In this document: positions 22,901 to 36,409 of the stretch, one piece after another
Position numbering within the stretch: the stretch's first letter is position 1
Layout: the number at the start of each line of letters is the position of its first letter
Source: Octopus bimaculoides
Lineage: Eukaryota
Reading direction: 5' to 3'
Assembly: GCF_001194135.2 (NCBI RefSeq)
Contig: NC_068998.1
Span: 2,490,494-2,554,493, forward strand
DNA: 64,000 nucleotides
The notes under the pieces: model-generated
The model's database searches: none
The model's input: only the letters and a program-made list of their open reading frames with translations
What the model was told of the DNA's origin: nothing
Program-made: the position numbers and the translations under genes

Positions 22901-24517
22901 ACTACTGAAGGAGACCAGATTAAAATAGTCCTACTGAATATCTTTGTTCGTGTTGATGGTGCAAGTTTGATGGTTATAGGAAAATTCAGTAAAGGCGGTA
23001 GAAAGTATTTTGCCCGGCGTGCCAACGATTCTGCCAGCTTACTGCTTTAGGTTAGATAAGATAATTGCCGCCGAAAGATGAATAACGGTATGGTTTTGGA
23101 GCTACTGGTAGATATATTACACCCCAGCCAGGAGAGACGGACCATTGAAGGAGCATTTAGACGATCACAAGAAATAACAGTCAAATCTTCCTCAAGTAAC
23201 ATTGTACCGCTTTAGAAGGAGAAAGGACACATTGAATAATGTAGTCATAGACAAGCCGTCCGAATAAAAGATGAAAGAGGTGTAACTAGAACCTGTTTGA
23301 TCATAGATCAGCTCAATAAAGTCTGAACTGAAAGAGAGAGAAGTGTTCCTATACTGATAATAAACGAAAGGTGGACGGGAAACCGCGTCACCCAGCCACC
23401 ATCTTAAAACATAAACCATTGTATGAAATATTCTGTTCATTAACGGCTGGAAAAACTAAGATGTTATTCTACTTCTTGTGTTTCCTCCTCCTACAAAGTA
23501 ATAAATTGTTGAAGAAACAATATAAGAAGGATTGTCCAGGCGGAAAGAAATACCAAAAGTGTTATAGATGTGGAATGTATCCACACCTTATGGACTAGAA
23601 AAATAAATCATTATTATTTTTATTATTATTCATTATCATTAGTGCGACATTCCAGGAGAATTATTGACCCAAACACAACATGTCCGATATTGTTATCCAG
23701 AATAAAGAAACATAAATCGTATATTGTTACAAGAGAAGTCAAAGACTCGGTTAATCTATGAATGCCATTTCTTAAAGTTTTGGACAAGGAGGACAACAGA
23801 AAACTGATACAGAACCTAGAGTTGTGGCTTTTCATAACCAGAGCCTACAAAGGTGGGGAATGAGGGAAGGGGTTCGGCTGATTCCTCGGTCTGGAAGAAC
23901 ACCTGGACAGCCAAGGAAGAGGAGGAGCCTGTGGCTATCTGTTGGGACCTCCACCTTTTTGAATTTTGAAAGAACCTACACCCGCCGCACACCACCTGGA
24001 GTCCCAAAAGCAGTTTTGTTCCACGTTGTCATTTTTTTCTCGAAGTGCTTCTCATAATACATTCTCGTTCAGTCCGAATCATTAACCAAACTATATAAAC
24101 AGTGAAGTTTATCACCCAATATGGAGGATTAAAAAAAAAAAAAACTGGTCCTCCTTCAGTTACTACGATGAGTGTTCCAGTTGATCCGATCAACGGAACA
24201 GCCTACTTGTGAAATTAATATGCAAATGGCTGAGCACTCCACAAACACGCGTACTCTTTTCCCAAACCGCTAGTTTACGGAGACGTAAACACACCAATAC
24301 TGGTTGCTAATCGATGGTAGACGACAGAAACAGGCACACACATATACATACGTATATTCGACGGGCTTCCTCACAGTTTTCGTCTACGGAATCCACTCAG
24401 AAGGTTTTGGTCGGCCCGAATCTATAGTAGAAGACACTTGCCCAAGGTGCTATGCTGTGAGACTGAACTCGGAACCATGTGGTTAAGATGCAAACTTCTT
24501 ACCATACTGCCACGTCA

Positions 24518-24551
<34 letters not shown>

Positions 24552-25440
24552 TACCACCATGATCGTCAAAATAATTAATAATTCCATCACGAAACCGTTA
24601 TAATTTTCCTTCGTTGCTCTAGAATTGAATGAACATCTATATATTCATTTATTTATTAACATCCTGTCAACCAATTAATTCTCTTTCATCCTTGTAGATT
24701 AATTAGAGATACTTATATTAATGACCAACTGACCGACCGCCGCCAACAACCCAGTTTTCTAACGACAAAGACTTAACTCGATCCTCGACAGTAAATGATC
24801 AAATGAAAACCAAACTCTTATCCTCCAATATTGCACCCCGCTCCTGGTATTTAAACATTTAAACCAGATAATCCCCTTCTATCTCTCATTAAAAAGAGGT
24901 GTATTTATTTTAGGGCTCAAATCAATATTATCAACTGCTGGAAGCTAGCTCAACTTGAATATCTTGTGGGTATAAAATATATACACATGGATATGTGTAT
25001 AAGTGTATTTACACGTCTATGAGTGTTTGTAAGATTGTGTTTGAATGCAGGACACACGTCATGCCTGAAAAGCAAGGTTTTGTAATGAAAACAAAATTTC
25101 TTTTTATTATATATTATGATAAAAATATCATTACAATAAAAAACCAAACAAGCGCTAGCGAATAATTCCAGCTAGAAACATAGCTGAAACCAGCCACCTA
25201 TGTGGTATACGGCCATCAGTATAAATATGGAAGATGTGAAGTTGTTGGAAATATTTGTTACATAGGTCATGCTAGCAGCACACTTTGCAGTAGGTCAATT
25301 ATGCAACATTAATCGGAAATAAAATATTATTTCACAAACGCACGATCTAACAAAACAATAATATAAAACTACCAAAGAGCAAAATGCTTGGAATACAGAA
25401 GACAACTAGCAATGGCTGTCGATACTAAAATAGACACACC

Positions 25441-25496
<56 letters not shown>

Positions 25497-25949
25497 TGAC
25501 ACATACACACTTGTATGTATGTATGTAAAATAATGAATAGAGAATACATTGTAACGTTTCCATTAATATCATTGCTGCAATTGCCTCGCTTGTCACAGTA
25601 ACCCAAGAGCAGCAAGAAAGAGCAGAAACAAGTTATCGCTGTTTGCTCAACATCCATCATTTTAAGGCTGGACATCCTGGTGGTAAGATACGACATTAAA
25701 ATACTTGAAAATTAACTAAGAACCAAATACTTAGAGAAAAATAAATCCGTCAAATTGTCTCCACTAGAAACATGAGGCGCCTTCACAGCAATACATCGAC
25801 TCCTTCCGTCATCGCTTCTTGAAAAGAAGAAAAAAAAAAAGAAAAAGAACACTACTTTCAAAACAGATTTGGATATCAAGAGAGAAAGGAGAGACCACCT
25901 GTGTCTTACGGGGGGAAATGTTAGATAAAGAATAAACATTTACAAATTT

Positions 25950-26255
25950 ATTCCAACACTGACTTTTATATCTCTGAACGTTGAAGAGTTGTTTGCACTG
26001 TACAGATTATCATTGTGATATTCTCTGCATACAAGAAAACCCCCGCGGACCAAACAACCCTCGCTCTATTGTGGAAGTTATTGCTACTCTCATAGAAAGA
26101 CCACGCCAGAAATACAGAAACATCATTCTAGCGAAAACTGGGACAATCACCGAATTAGCATCAAAGAATGAGAAAACCAATTAAGTCCTAACCGTTGAAC
26201 TCTGAAGGCTTACCATCACCCCAGTTTATAAACCACCTTCCATGCACCTAGAAAC
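25950..26255 (+). mobile_element. Non-LTR retrotransposon APE-endonuclease remnant (Ingi/Vingi-like)
   Basis: Across frameshifts it reads PTLTFISLNVE..CDILCIQENPRGPNN..IERPRQKY..VLTVEL*RLTITPVYKPP, resembling Ingi/Vingi endonuclease motifs (QETHR, ERPH.KYG, SVYKPP). Confidence 0.65.
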
Positions 26256-26465
26256 ATCATCATCTACGAAGCCGAAGATCGTGATTTCAATAGCCATGGC
26301 ATGAAATGGCGGTGACACTAACGATAACTGTAATATATAGACCTAGTTTCCATATTGCAGTTTTCTCTGAGGAGACGAGAGTCGCAACATCTGGCCATGC
26401 TGTATGAAGAAAATGAACATCGTTCATCCTTTGTTTCTTATTGCAGATTTCTACGATGACCCGAT

Positions 26466-26499
<34 letters not shown>

Positions 26500-26555
26500 T
26501 TTCGAAGGTGTCAGTATTTGAATGCATGTGTGCGTGTAAGTGGGAATGTGAGCAA

Positions 26556-26600
<45 letters not shown>

Positions 26601-27594
26601 NNNNNNNNNNNNNNNNNNNNNNNNNNNNNNNNNNNNNNNNNNNNNNNNNNNNNNNNNNNNNNNNNNNNNNNNNNNNNNNNNNNNNNNNNNNNNNNNNNNN
26701 NNNNNNNNNNNNNNNNNNNNNNNNNNNNNNNNNNNNNNNNNNNNNNNNNNNNNNNNNNNNNNNNNNNNNNNNNNNNNNNNNNNNNNNNNNNNNNNNNNNN
26801 NNNNNNNNNNNNNNNNNNNNNNNNNNNNNNNNNNNNNNNNNNNNNNNNNNNNNNNNNNNNNNNNNNNNNNNNNNNNNNNNNNNNNNNNNNNNNNNNNNNN
26901 NNNNNNNNNNNNNNNNNNNNNNNNNNNNNNNNNNNNNNNNNNNNNNNNNNNNNNNNNNNNNNNNNNNNNNNNNNNNNNNNNNNNNNNNNNNNNNNNNNNN
27001 NNNNNNNNNNNNNNNNNNNNNNNNNNNNNNNNNNNNNNNNNNNNNNNNNNNNNNNNNNNNNNNNNNNNNNNNNNNNNNNNNNNNNNNNNNNNNNNNNNNN
27101 NNNNNNNNNNNNNNNNNNNNNNNNNNNNNNNNNNNNNNNNNNNNNNNNNNNNNNNNNNNNNNNNNNNNNNNNNNNNNNNNNNNNNNNNNNNNNNNNNNNN
27201 NNNNNNNNNNNNNNNNNNNNNNNNNNNNNNNNNNNNNNNNNNNNNNNNNNNNNNNNNNNNNNNNNNNNNNNNNNNNNNNNNNNNNNNNNNNNNNNNNNNN
27301 NNNNNNNNNNNNNNNNNNNNNNNNNNNNNNNNNNNNNNNNNNNNNNNNNNNNNNNNNNNNNNNNNNNNNNNNNNNNNNNNNNNNNNNNNNNNNNNNNNNN
27401 NNNNNNNNNNNNNNNNNNNNNNNNNNNNNNNNNNNNNNNNNNNNNNNNNNNNNNNNNNNNNNNNNNNNNNNNNNNNNNNNNNNNNNNNNNNNNNNNNNNN
27501 NNNNNNNNNNNNNNNNNNNNNNNNNNNNNNNNNNNNNNNNNNNNNNNNNNNNNNNNNNNTATATATATATATATTCATCCCCCTATCAATATGT

Positions 27595-27845
27595 AACTGT
27601 GTGTGAGTATGAATGAATTTGTGCGTCTGTGTGTGTGTGTGTGTGTGTATGTGTGTGATATCATTGTGTCTATGTGTCTTTGTGAGTGTGTGTGTGTACG
27701 CGTGTATCTGTGTGATGTCTGTGTGTGTGTGATGTCTGTGTAATGCTTGTGTGTGTGTGTGTGTGGGTGTATCCGTGTGATGTCTCTGTGTGTGTGGTAT
27801 GAGTGTGTGTGAGATGTGTGAAGTGTGTGTGTGATGTCTGAGTTT
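27595..27845. repeat. Degenerate (GT)n-derived low-complexity tract
   Basis: Read directly; it explains the His/Thr-rich pseudo-ORFs. Confidence 0.9.
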
Positions 27846-28789
27846 GTGTACCCTTCCTCTGTTGCATTTCACACTATTTTTTTTTTCATGATTGACTGAG
27901 CGAAAGGGGTTTCGCCCTTTCTCTACCATTAACCTACACCCCCGCTCCATACCTCCTCCCCATCATTTCCACATAAATAGTTCCAGCCCCACCCACCCCA
28001 TCTTTATCTCACTGATTTACTTTATCGTTTTTTTTTTATCTGTTCGTTTAATGTTATCTCATTCCTCCTATCCCTCCCTACCCACCNNNNNNNNNNNNNN
28101 NNNNNNNNNNNNNNNNNNNNNNNNNNNNNGTCTCCTTATTGCAATCCCCTTTCAGCTCTGTCTATCTTCCTCTTCTCATCCATCCAACTCGTTCCTTCCC
28201 ACATCATTTACCGTTCATACCCCCCCCCGCCTCATCCCACTACTCGTCTGGTATTTTTTGTTGTTTGTTATTTTTCTTCATGCTATTATTGTTTTTGTTC
28301 TGGTCCCGTTGACACAGTCGATATCTCTCACTCGCACCATCTTCATATTCTTAAAAAAAAAATGAAGCTGTTCTGATATTTGTTCTATCTCTACCCCTCA
28401 CCCCCACCATACACTACCAAACCTGCAATTAGGGACGTCTTGAAGATTGGTTTATGTACCAGAAACATAACACAAATCAAAAGCCCTAATTTTTTTCTGT
28501 GACGTTACAATCTTAAACATTCCTTGAACTTGACGCCCTGTACCAACATCGGAACCAATAATAATAATAATAACCCTTTCTGCTATAGGCACAACGACTG
28601 AAATTTTATGGCAAGTCGATTACATTGACCCCCCCAGTGTTAAACTGGTACTTATTTTATAGATCCCGAAAGGATGATAGTCAAAGTCGACATCGACGGA
28701 ATCTGAACTCAGAACGCGAAGACGGACGAAATGTCGCTAAGCATTCTTTTGGGGCCACGCACAACACCATCAGAGTGCGAACAATTACA

Positions 28790-29690
28790 TTGAATGATGA
28801 AACGGTAAAGTTTGAGCCCTGGGCAGGGGTCCTGCAAGGTGACGCGTTGGTGCCAGCCATCTTCATCAAGGCTGTAGACTACGTCCTCTGGGGAACAGTT
28901 AATGAGGAACTGGACTTCGTTATTACACAAAGGAAATCAAGATGGGTGAGTTCAGTGACATGTAACCTGAACTTTATCAAAGGCATTGCTTTGTTTTCGG
29001 ACAAAATCTTAAACGTTCATTCTTTTCAGTCCAGAATAGAAACTGAATATAACAAAGCAGAATTATACTTCGATGCTAAGAAGACAAAATACAATATCCA
29101 CGATATAGCTGACCATTAAGCTTCTGAAAACGTTGAAGGTGCTCTGCTCAAGCGGGTTTCTTAGTTAAAGTACCTCAGATCATTTGTAGTGGGTTCAGAG
29201 AAAGAGACAATATCTTGGTGAGCGTAACCCTGGAGTGGCAACCACACAATGAGATGAAAAATGCCTAAACCTTCAGCTTTTCGAGACAATTCAAAAGAAT
29301 CTTCAAAACGTTAATTAAAATCTTTCTTTTGGATTGTGAAATTTGGATCTTCACAAAAAATGTGTGGCCAAGTTCAACAGCGATTGCTACACTTGGATGC
29401 TCCAGAAGGCCTTCATCATTAGCTTTTTTCTTTTGTTTGTTTTACTGCAGCTAGATACAGACTGTAAGCAATGAGCAACTTTACAGTGACCTCCCCCAAT
29501 TGGATAACAACAGAGCAAGAAGTTCCCCAGTCAAATCATAATCTGGAAGCCGACCTACGAGAAAATGAACCGTGGATGCCGTCCTTCCTAACCACGAAGG
29601 ACAGCAGTACTGCGACTGATTAAATAGGGAAACTGATGATGGAAAGAGACAAGGGGTAAACCTGCCATTGTGCTCGAACTAAGTGCAATT
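28790..29690 (+). mobile_element. Degenerate RTE/RTEX-like LINE, RT domain to 3' end
   Basis: GVLQGDALVPAIFIKAVDYVL..RKSR..NLNFIKGIALFS (degenerate FADD region), then KYL.S, CEIW, DCYTWMLQKAF and NEQLYSDLP. Confidence 0.75.
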
Positions 29691-29904
29691 TGTAGTTCAT
29701 AGATATTGGTGATGACAACGATATGATGACGAAGTAACACAATCGAAAGCCAATGTCAGTTTTTGGTGAAACGATATTACCAATTCTGGCAGAATGCCAG
29801 CAGTTCTAAGGGGTGACGAGGGGGAAATGAGAGATTCAGTGAAGGGCTGTAACAGCGATACAGGTGAGTCGGCTTTCTGGAAAGTTGCATCTCGTTCTTC
29901 GCTC

Positions 29905-30530
29905 ACCGCCACCACCACCGCCACCGCCGCCACCACCGCCACCACCGCCACCGCCGCCGCTGTCGTCATTTTCCTCAGCTTCACTATTTTATGCACAACG
30001 AGAATGCACCTTGGATTTAATTAACTCAAACACACACACTCACTGCTCTTGCCTGTACATGAATCAGTCATTCAGAGAAACACACACCGAACACATACGC
30101 ACATTCTGTAACACACACATACATATTATAACGCACACAGACATACTGTAACGCGCACGCACACATACTATAACACTATAAGGCGCACCCTGTAACACAT
30201 ACACACATAACGCACACACACACACACACTAACATACACATACTAAAACATACAGACTCGAGATTGAAACTAAGAAAGTGACTTTTACTTCGCACATTCA
30301 TCTTCTTTCATTCACTCATCTCTTCTCCTCCCGTTTATTTTCCACCACCACCACCATCACCATCACCACTATATTCCACCTCTATTACCCCACCAATTCC
30401 ATCTCCATCATCGTCTCTACCACCAACAACAACAACAGCACCATCATCTCTACTACCACCACCGTCATCTTCATCATATCCACCACCACTACTACTACTG
30501 CAACCATCATCATCATTATCGCCGATGTTT
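29905..30530. repeat. (CCA/CCG)n and (CAC/CAT/CAA)n trinucleotide low-complexity tracts
   Basis: Read directly at 29905-29960 and 30340-30530. Confidence 0.85.
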
Positions 30531-32041
30531 AAACCGGCCGCTCTGAGACGTTTAGACATTCAGTCAGGCAAAGTCGAGAGTGAACAACTGTAGCCTGCTG
30601 ATGATCAACAACAACGAGAACAACAACATCGAGCGTGAAAGTAGATGTGTGTATATGTTTGAGTGTGTGCGCTTGAGTTTGTCTGACTGTAAGTGCATGT
30701 ATGTGCATAACTAATTAATTGCCCGGCATCGTCTTATAAATGCCATCGATATTGTATTAATATTTATTATTATTGATGTTTGATATTCCTTCGTATCTCA
30801 AGCAGCAACAACAACAACAATCCATAGGAAAATAAAAGAACAGCCAAACGGAGTAACTTACATATCTTTGTACATAGATGCAAGAATCCAGGAATATCTG
30901 AAAACTAGCAGAACAATCACAAAATATACAACAGCAGCGAATTGCAAATCGTGTCAACAAGGGAGATTTTATGTGGTTGCTTGTTGGCCTGCTAAAAATA
31001 GCAGTCAAATCTTCTTTAAATCACGCTCTACCAACTAAGAATTTATAAAAGAAAATATACTTCGCATTGGATGATGTGATGCTAAATACATTGCATATGG
31101 GGGGAAATGCCTGGATGGTATCCTCTGGTTTGATCCTAGCCCACTTGGGGTTAAACACTAGTAACTATTAACAATAAAAAGAAAAAAAGAATTATCTACG
31201 GACAGTCATTAACTACGTCAATATAATTAACACAAACACTGGTTTAATTCCACTCATTCATTAAATATCCCACTGTTGTGTTTTCGTTTTTAAACCAGAT
31301 GCAAAAACGAGTAAGTACTATATTTATAACCAATATTTGAAAAATATTGAAACAGCATCAGATTATAAGCAAAAGAGAAAACTACTGTACTCACACACAC
31401 ACACACACACACTCACCCGCCGCGCCCTGTCGCTCTGTTAATCCGTTCTGTAGGGAGTTTTACCACATCGAAGAAGTAAAGAAAAGTTTCGTGTCTCGAG
31501 TGGACGTCCAAGAATAGATGCTGAGTAAACGTGATGGATTTCCAGCTCGACTCTACTTGAATCCACTCATAAACAAACATATATACATCAAATATATGTC
31601 TATACACACACGCATATCTATTCATCTGTATATATTCAAGAGCAATCATTGTTAGTTATACACGGATATATTCGTTCAGACGAGTCGGTATTCACATCTA
31701 CGTACAACGCTATATACAGACATACACGCGCACACTTGCATGCGTATTAGTAGAAGACAAATTCTTGCGATATACAACAAACACGTGCTTAAGTAGTATA
31801 CATATCAACTATATAGAACACATCTCGTGTATACACACACACACATCTGTGTTCCACAAGTTGGTTAAGAGAAAATATATCGATAGATTTAGGATGTTAT
31901 GTCTTATGTCTACAAGCAAACAATAAAACAATATTCTTAACAAATATACGCAGGACAGCCCGACATAACGCACGTTTATCTACCTATATTATAAACACTC
32001 ACAAATGTAGGCTACCTCAACATACACACACAAATATATAC

Positions 32042-32077
<36 letters not shown>

Positions 32078-32367
32078 GTATATATATATATATAGGATAC
32101 TCCAGAATTAACACATATTTGCACACAAGAATGTAGGATATCCCAACATATAAAACTATATATTATATCTGTATATATACACACACATCCCAACACATGT
32201 ATGAAATCTTGGTTGCCGACCCTTCCACCAGCATATACATCAGTACAGGCGATCCTCGAAGACAGCTATCACAACAGCGCCTCACTCCACCTTCATGAGA
32301 CAAACAACAACAACAGCAACACTACAGCTGTCTAACACACCCTAGCAGCCCCTTTTCACCGATCCCT

Positions 32368-32374
32368 TATAAAA
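32368..32374 (+). promoter_or_regulatory. Putative TATA box of the integrin gene
   Basis: TATAAAA about 130 nt upstream of the ATG, in a CpG-retaining, C-rich leader. Motif match only. Confidence 0.3.
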
Positions 32375-32502
32375 CAAACAAACAAAAACACACCTCTTCC
32401 TCCCCAGAGAAAAAAAAACCCCAACCGCGTCAACCTCCCCCTTCGCCATCCCTTTCCCCGCCACATCCTTACCATTCTCTCTTTGAAACGAAACTAGCAA
32501 CA

Positions 32503-32702
32503 ATGGTTGCAGAGGGGGATTCTTGCCGGTCTACAGCTTCAGTTATTCCGTTGTTGTTGTTGCTGTTGTCAACGTTTGTGCCGTTGGCTTTCACGTTCAA
32601 CATCGATACAAGAAATGCTTTTATACTATCAGGGCCTAACGGATCTTACTTCGGATATTCTTTGGCTTTTTACCAACATCCACAGCAACAACAAAATTGC
32701 AC
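32503..32702 (+). CDS. ITGA: Integrin alpha subunit, coding exon 1 (signal peptide plus start of the first FG-GAP/beta-propeller repeat); subtype unresolved
   Basis: MVAEGDSCRSTASVIPLLLLLLSTFVPLAFT is a hydrophobic signal peptide. It is followed by the mature N-terminus FNIDTRNAFILSGPNGSYFGYSLAF, matching the integrin-alpha pattern FN(L/I/V)D...GP.GSYFGYS(V/L). The ORF ends at a consensus donor AC|GTAAGT (intron starts 32703, phase 2), the position and phase I recall for vertebrate ITGA first introns. Confidence 0.93.
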
Positions 32703-32949
32703 GTAAGTAATTCACTTTCTCGCTCTCCCCCCCTCTCTCTGCTTCACTTTTTCTCTCTCTCTCAGCATGTCTTTCTTTCTCTTCTACTTTCTCTATTACC
32801 CGTCTCTGTTTCTTTCACTCCTCTCTTTCCTTTTATCATCCTATTAATATTTTATTTCTACAATTATTGATGTTCACGTTTTCTTGTAATCTTTCTTTGC
32901 TCTTGTTTAATTTTCTTTATGTATTATGTATTTTTGCTTCTTTAAATTT

Positions 32950-33107
32950 CCCTATCCATCCATCCATCCAATCCACCTGTCAATCCATCCTCCTACATCC
33001 AATCCATCTTATCCTTCTCTCCACCTGTCTGTCTGTCCAGCCATCTCTCTGTCAATGTCTAGTCAGCCGTCCCTCCATCTATCCACCTGTCCCTCTTTCT
33101 TCACCAG

Positions 33108-33160
<53 letters not shown>

Positions 33161-33380
33161 CGTCTATCCAGCCATCCCTCCATCTATCCACCCGTCTCCC
33201 TGTCCTTCCATCTATCTAACTGTCACTCCACTCGTCCAGTCTATCTTAGCCACCCATCTGTCCATTCGTCCTTGCAGTCATCATCAAACTCATAATCCAC
33301 GTCCATTTATCTATCCCCTGATAATCTCTTACCACCTACCTATCAATCCTCATCACTACTACTACTACTACTACTACTAC
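32950..33380. repeat. Compound (CCAT/CTGT/CTAT)n microsatellite tract ending in (CTA)n
   Basis: Read directly; pure (ATCT)n at about 33109-33160. Confidence 0.9.
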
Positions 33381-34686
33381 CGTTAAGGTCAGTAGAATGC
33401 CAACCTCTGTGGTTCTGAGTTCAAATCCAGTCAATGTCAGCCCTATGTTTTATTCTTCCGTGGTCAATATAATTAAATAATGCCTCTAAGTCAATTTTTC
33501 TGAGTTCAAATCTCCCGAGGTCAACCTGGTTTTATTCTTCTGTGAACAAGACAATGAAATAACTAAGACCCCCAGCCATGTAAGCACCAGTCTCGACTTA
33601 AACCGGCTTTAACATATCCTCCAGCTGCACACGCGATGGCCTTGACGAGTAAAGTTGTAAAGCAATTTACTCTTTATTCTTTAGTCACTAACAATCTATT
33701 CTATTTCTTGCTTCACTGTCAAAACAATAAAATTATATTTCATGCGGACCACTTATAACATAACAAGCCATTATTTTATTCCCATTTAAACCCGGCAAAA
33801 TGCAAGCCATATCTTTCAAATTACACGAGCATGGATGTATGTGTAAGGGTATGTGTGTTGATGTCATTAACGAGATGTATGGTTTGTGTCAACTCGCTGT
33901 GTTTGACTATGAACATGTTAGATAATGGGACAGAGGAGTGAATTGAATGTACCTGTCCAACCCACATGTTATCATCAAACCAACAAAAAGACTTCTATGA
34001 CTCAACGTCATCCAGGTGGACCCATCCAATGAGAGAAATGGTGGGGAAGGAGATGTTTAAAAAAAGGCTCGGTTTTCCCCTACTTTTCAGCTCCCGATTG
34101 GAGTGATTGACAGCGTCTTGTCCCATTTTCCCAGCCACAGCCCCTCGGACCTTAGTGACCTCTTTGTTTCTAATATCCAATCTCTTTCACTGGATCGATC
34201 AGTGGTCCCTACTAATGTTTTGGCAGTCCCCCACAAGTTTTCTGTGTAGTTACTTCATGTATTATATCATTATCTAACGTAACTGTGGTTATGGGTACAC
34301 TGAGATGAAAAAAGACGGTATGCTCATGGCTGGAAAGCTTTTGATCTTAAGTTTGTTCGATCAGAATTGATCTGAGGATAAACAATACAGATAGCTTTAT
34401 TGGTGATCTTTGAATAAAAGGGGTTTGCTTTCACTTTGTAAAATTACAGCCAGTATCATCTCGTTTCGCGGCCGGTGGCCAATGACCTGGGGCTAAAAAC
34501 AATTAATGTCTGTATGTAATGTGTCTGTGACAGGCCCAGCCAAGGGCGAAGGGACCAAGCAACTTCCAGGCAAAAGATTTTTCGATGTTTACCTTCAAAT
34601 TGCGCACCCCTACCACTCAGCAATCTTAACCCAGGATCCACTCTTGTATGTAGCAGATATATGGCTAGTCTGGAAGGGTATAGGTC

Positions 34687-34735
<49 letters not shown>

Positions 34736-34745
34736 NNNNNNNNNN

Positions 34746-34788
<43 letters not shown>

Positions 34789-35980
34789 TAAACAGTTTAG
34801 TAAATAACATGAGTTAGCTCTGAAGCGGACTTGTTTGAAAATCCTGGAAGCGACATCATCGAGATTGGCCACACACTTTAGTGGATGAGGTTTACTCGCT
34901 TCTTTGAAATGTGGAATTGAGAAAGGATTTTAGGAAGAGCTTGGTTGTATGCACTTGGAAACAACACAGCAAATATCGTGGTTTAGCTTCAGGGGCTCTG
35001 ACCGAACAGATCTATGATCGAAGACGTTCCCGTCGTGGCCATCACATTTTTATTCAGACATACCAGTGACCGCATTATTCCAAGTTTATTTTCTATATGG
35101 AGAGAGTAGGGGCGGAGAAAGAGAGATTCGGTTGCTATTTCTAACAGTCTGGTTGACTACAGGGAGATTCCTTTATCTGCAGGAATACCAACTTCTAGTG
35201 CTCTCTCTTCGACGAAGAAGAATAAGCACTAGGGCTCTACAAAGTTAATATAAAAAAGCTCCTTAGAAAGGACCCAGGAATTATTTTGCTTTACTTGTGG
35301 TTGTTTGCGAAGCTGTGTGGATAACCAAATACCTCTAAGTGGTGATGGGTGTTGTAAGCCTATCACCCGCCAGGTGGTGTAAGCGTATTATCTCAACAAC
35401 GCGGGAGGCATCAGTTTGTGTAGAGCGTGAAAAGATCTAATCAAGGTCTCAACTGAACAACATATTCGTCACATTGTTGGTTTAAACGAGAGAAAATTGA
35501 AAACAATACAAAATTCAAATAGTTTTTGTTGTGGGCCGGAACTATCTTGATGATGAAATAGCAAATAACCTTTTTAAATTATTTGGAAAAATAGAAGAAT
35601 ACATCGACAGCTTCATAAGATCATCTTTATTCTCTTCATTTAATCCTATTCTCTTTAAAAAGTCATTTATTAATCATCATTCGTTACTTGCTGTGCTATG
35701 GACACGCACAGTCTACGATGTGTAAATGATCCGTAATATTTAATTTAGTCATCGAAAACATCGGTCTGTACTTAGCTCTTCTCTGGGTTTGGTGCCAGCA
35801 ACTTGGGGACTACACATTACATTAATGCTATGGAGCTGTCCAGCCACGACCATCCTGTCGTTTTAGGAGTATTTAATATTACTACATTGTTTCATTCGTT
35901 CTTTTCGTTTTTAAGATAATAGTGATTTAAAGAAGATTTGGGTGCTATTTCTGGCAGGTCGAGCGACCGTCTAAAAACTT

Positions 35981-36240
35981 GAGATGGTATCAAAAAGTTC
36001 CCGGACTAGTTATGTTTAATATAAAAAATAATTCGTTTGCACAAGTTTTAACACCATCGCCTTCGAAATAATCACCTTGCGCAACAATACACTGGTTCCA
36101 ATGTTCGTGTCATCTTTGGAATTCGGCCCGGAGGTCGTTTTCCGTGAGCGAGTCGAGGACCTTCTGCGATTCGCTCTGGATCTAGACAACGGTGTTAAAA
36201 CGGCAACTTTTGAGCTGCATTTTCATCTCGCATCTACGTA
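35981..36240 (-). mobile_element. Mariner transposase C-terminal remnant with one TIR
   Basis: Minus strand MKMQLKSCRFNTVV*IQSESQKVLDSLTEND..FQR*HEHWNQCIVAQGDYFEGD. TIR-like GGTATCAAAAAGTTCCCGGAC near 35987. Confidence 0.8.
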
Positions 36241-36409
36241 CGCATGCATGTGCGCGTGTAGGTTTATACGCGCGTATGTATATGTTTGTGTGCCTATATA
36301 TACATGTGCACGTGCATGAGAGAGCGAGAGAGAACCTTTTTGAAGTTCTTAATGAAAACCGGTTACAAAGGAGACAAGGTTATCTTAATTAACACCCGAC
36401 AGTTATAGT

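Noticed and set aside
29864-30559. PolyPro, polyAla/Val and polyThr ORFs
   Set aside because: They are translations of trinucleotide repeats with no coding context.
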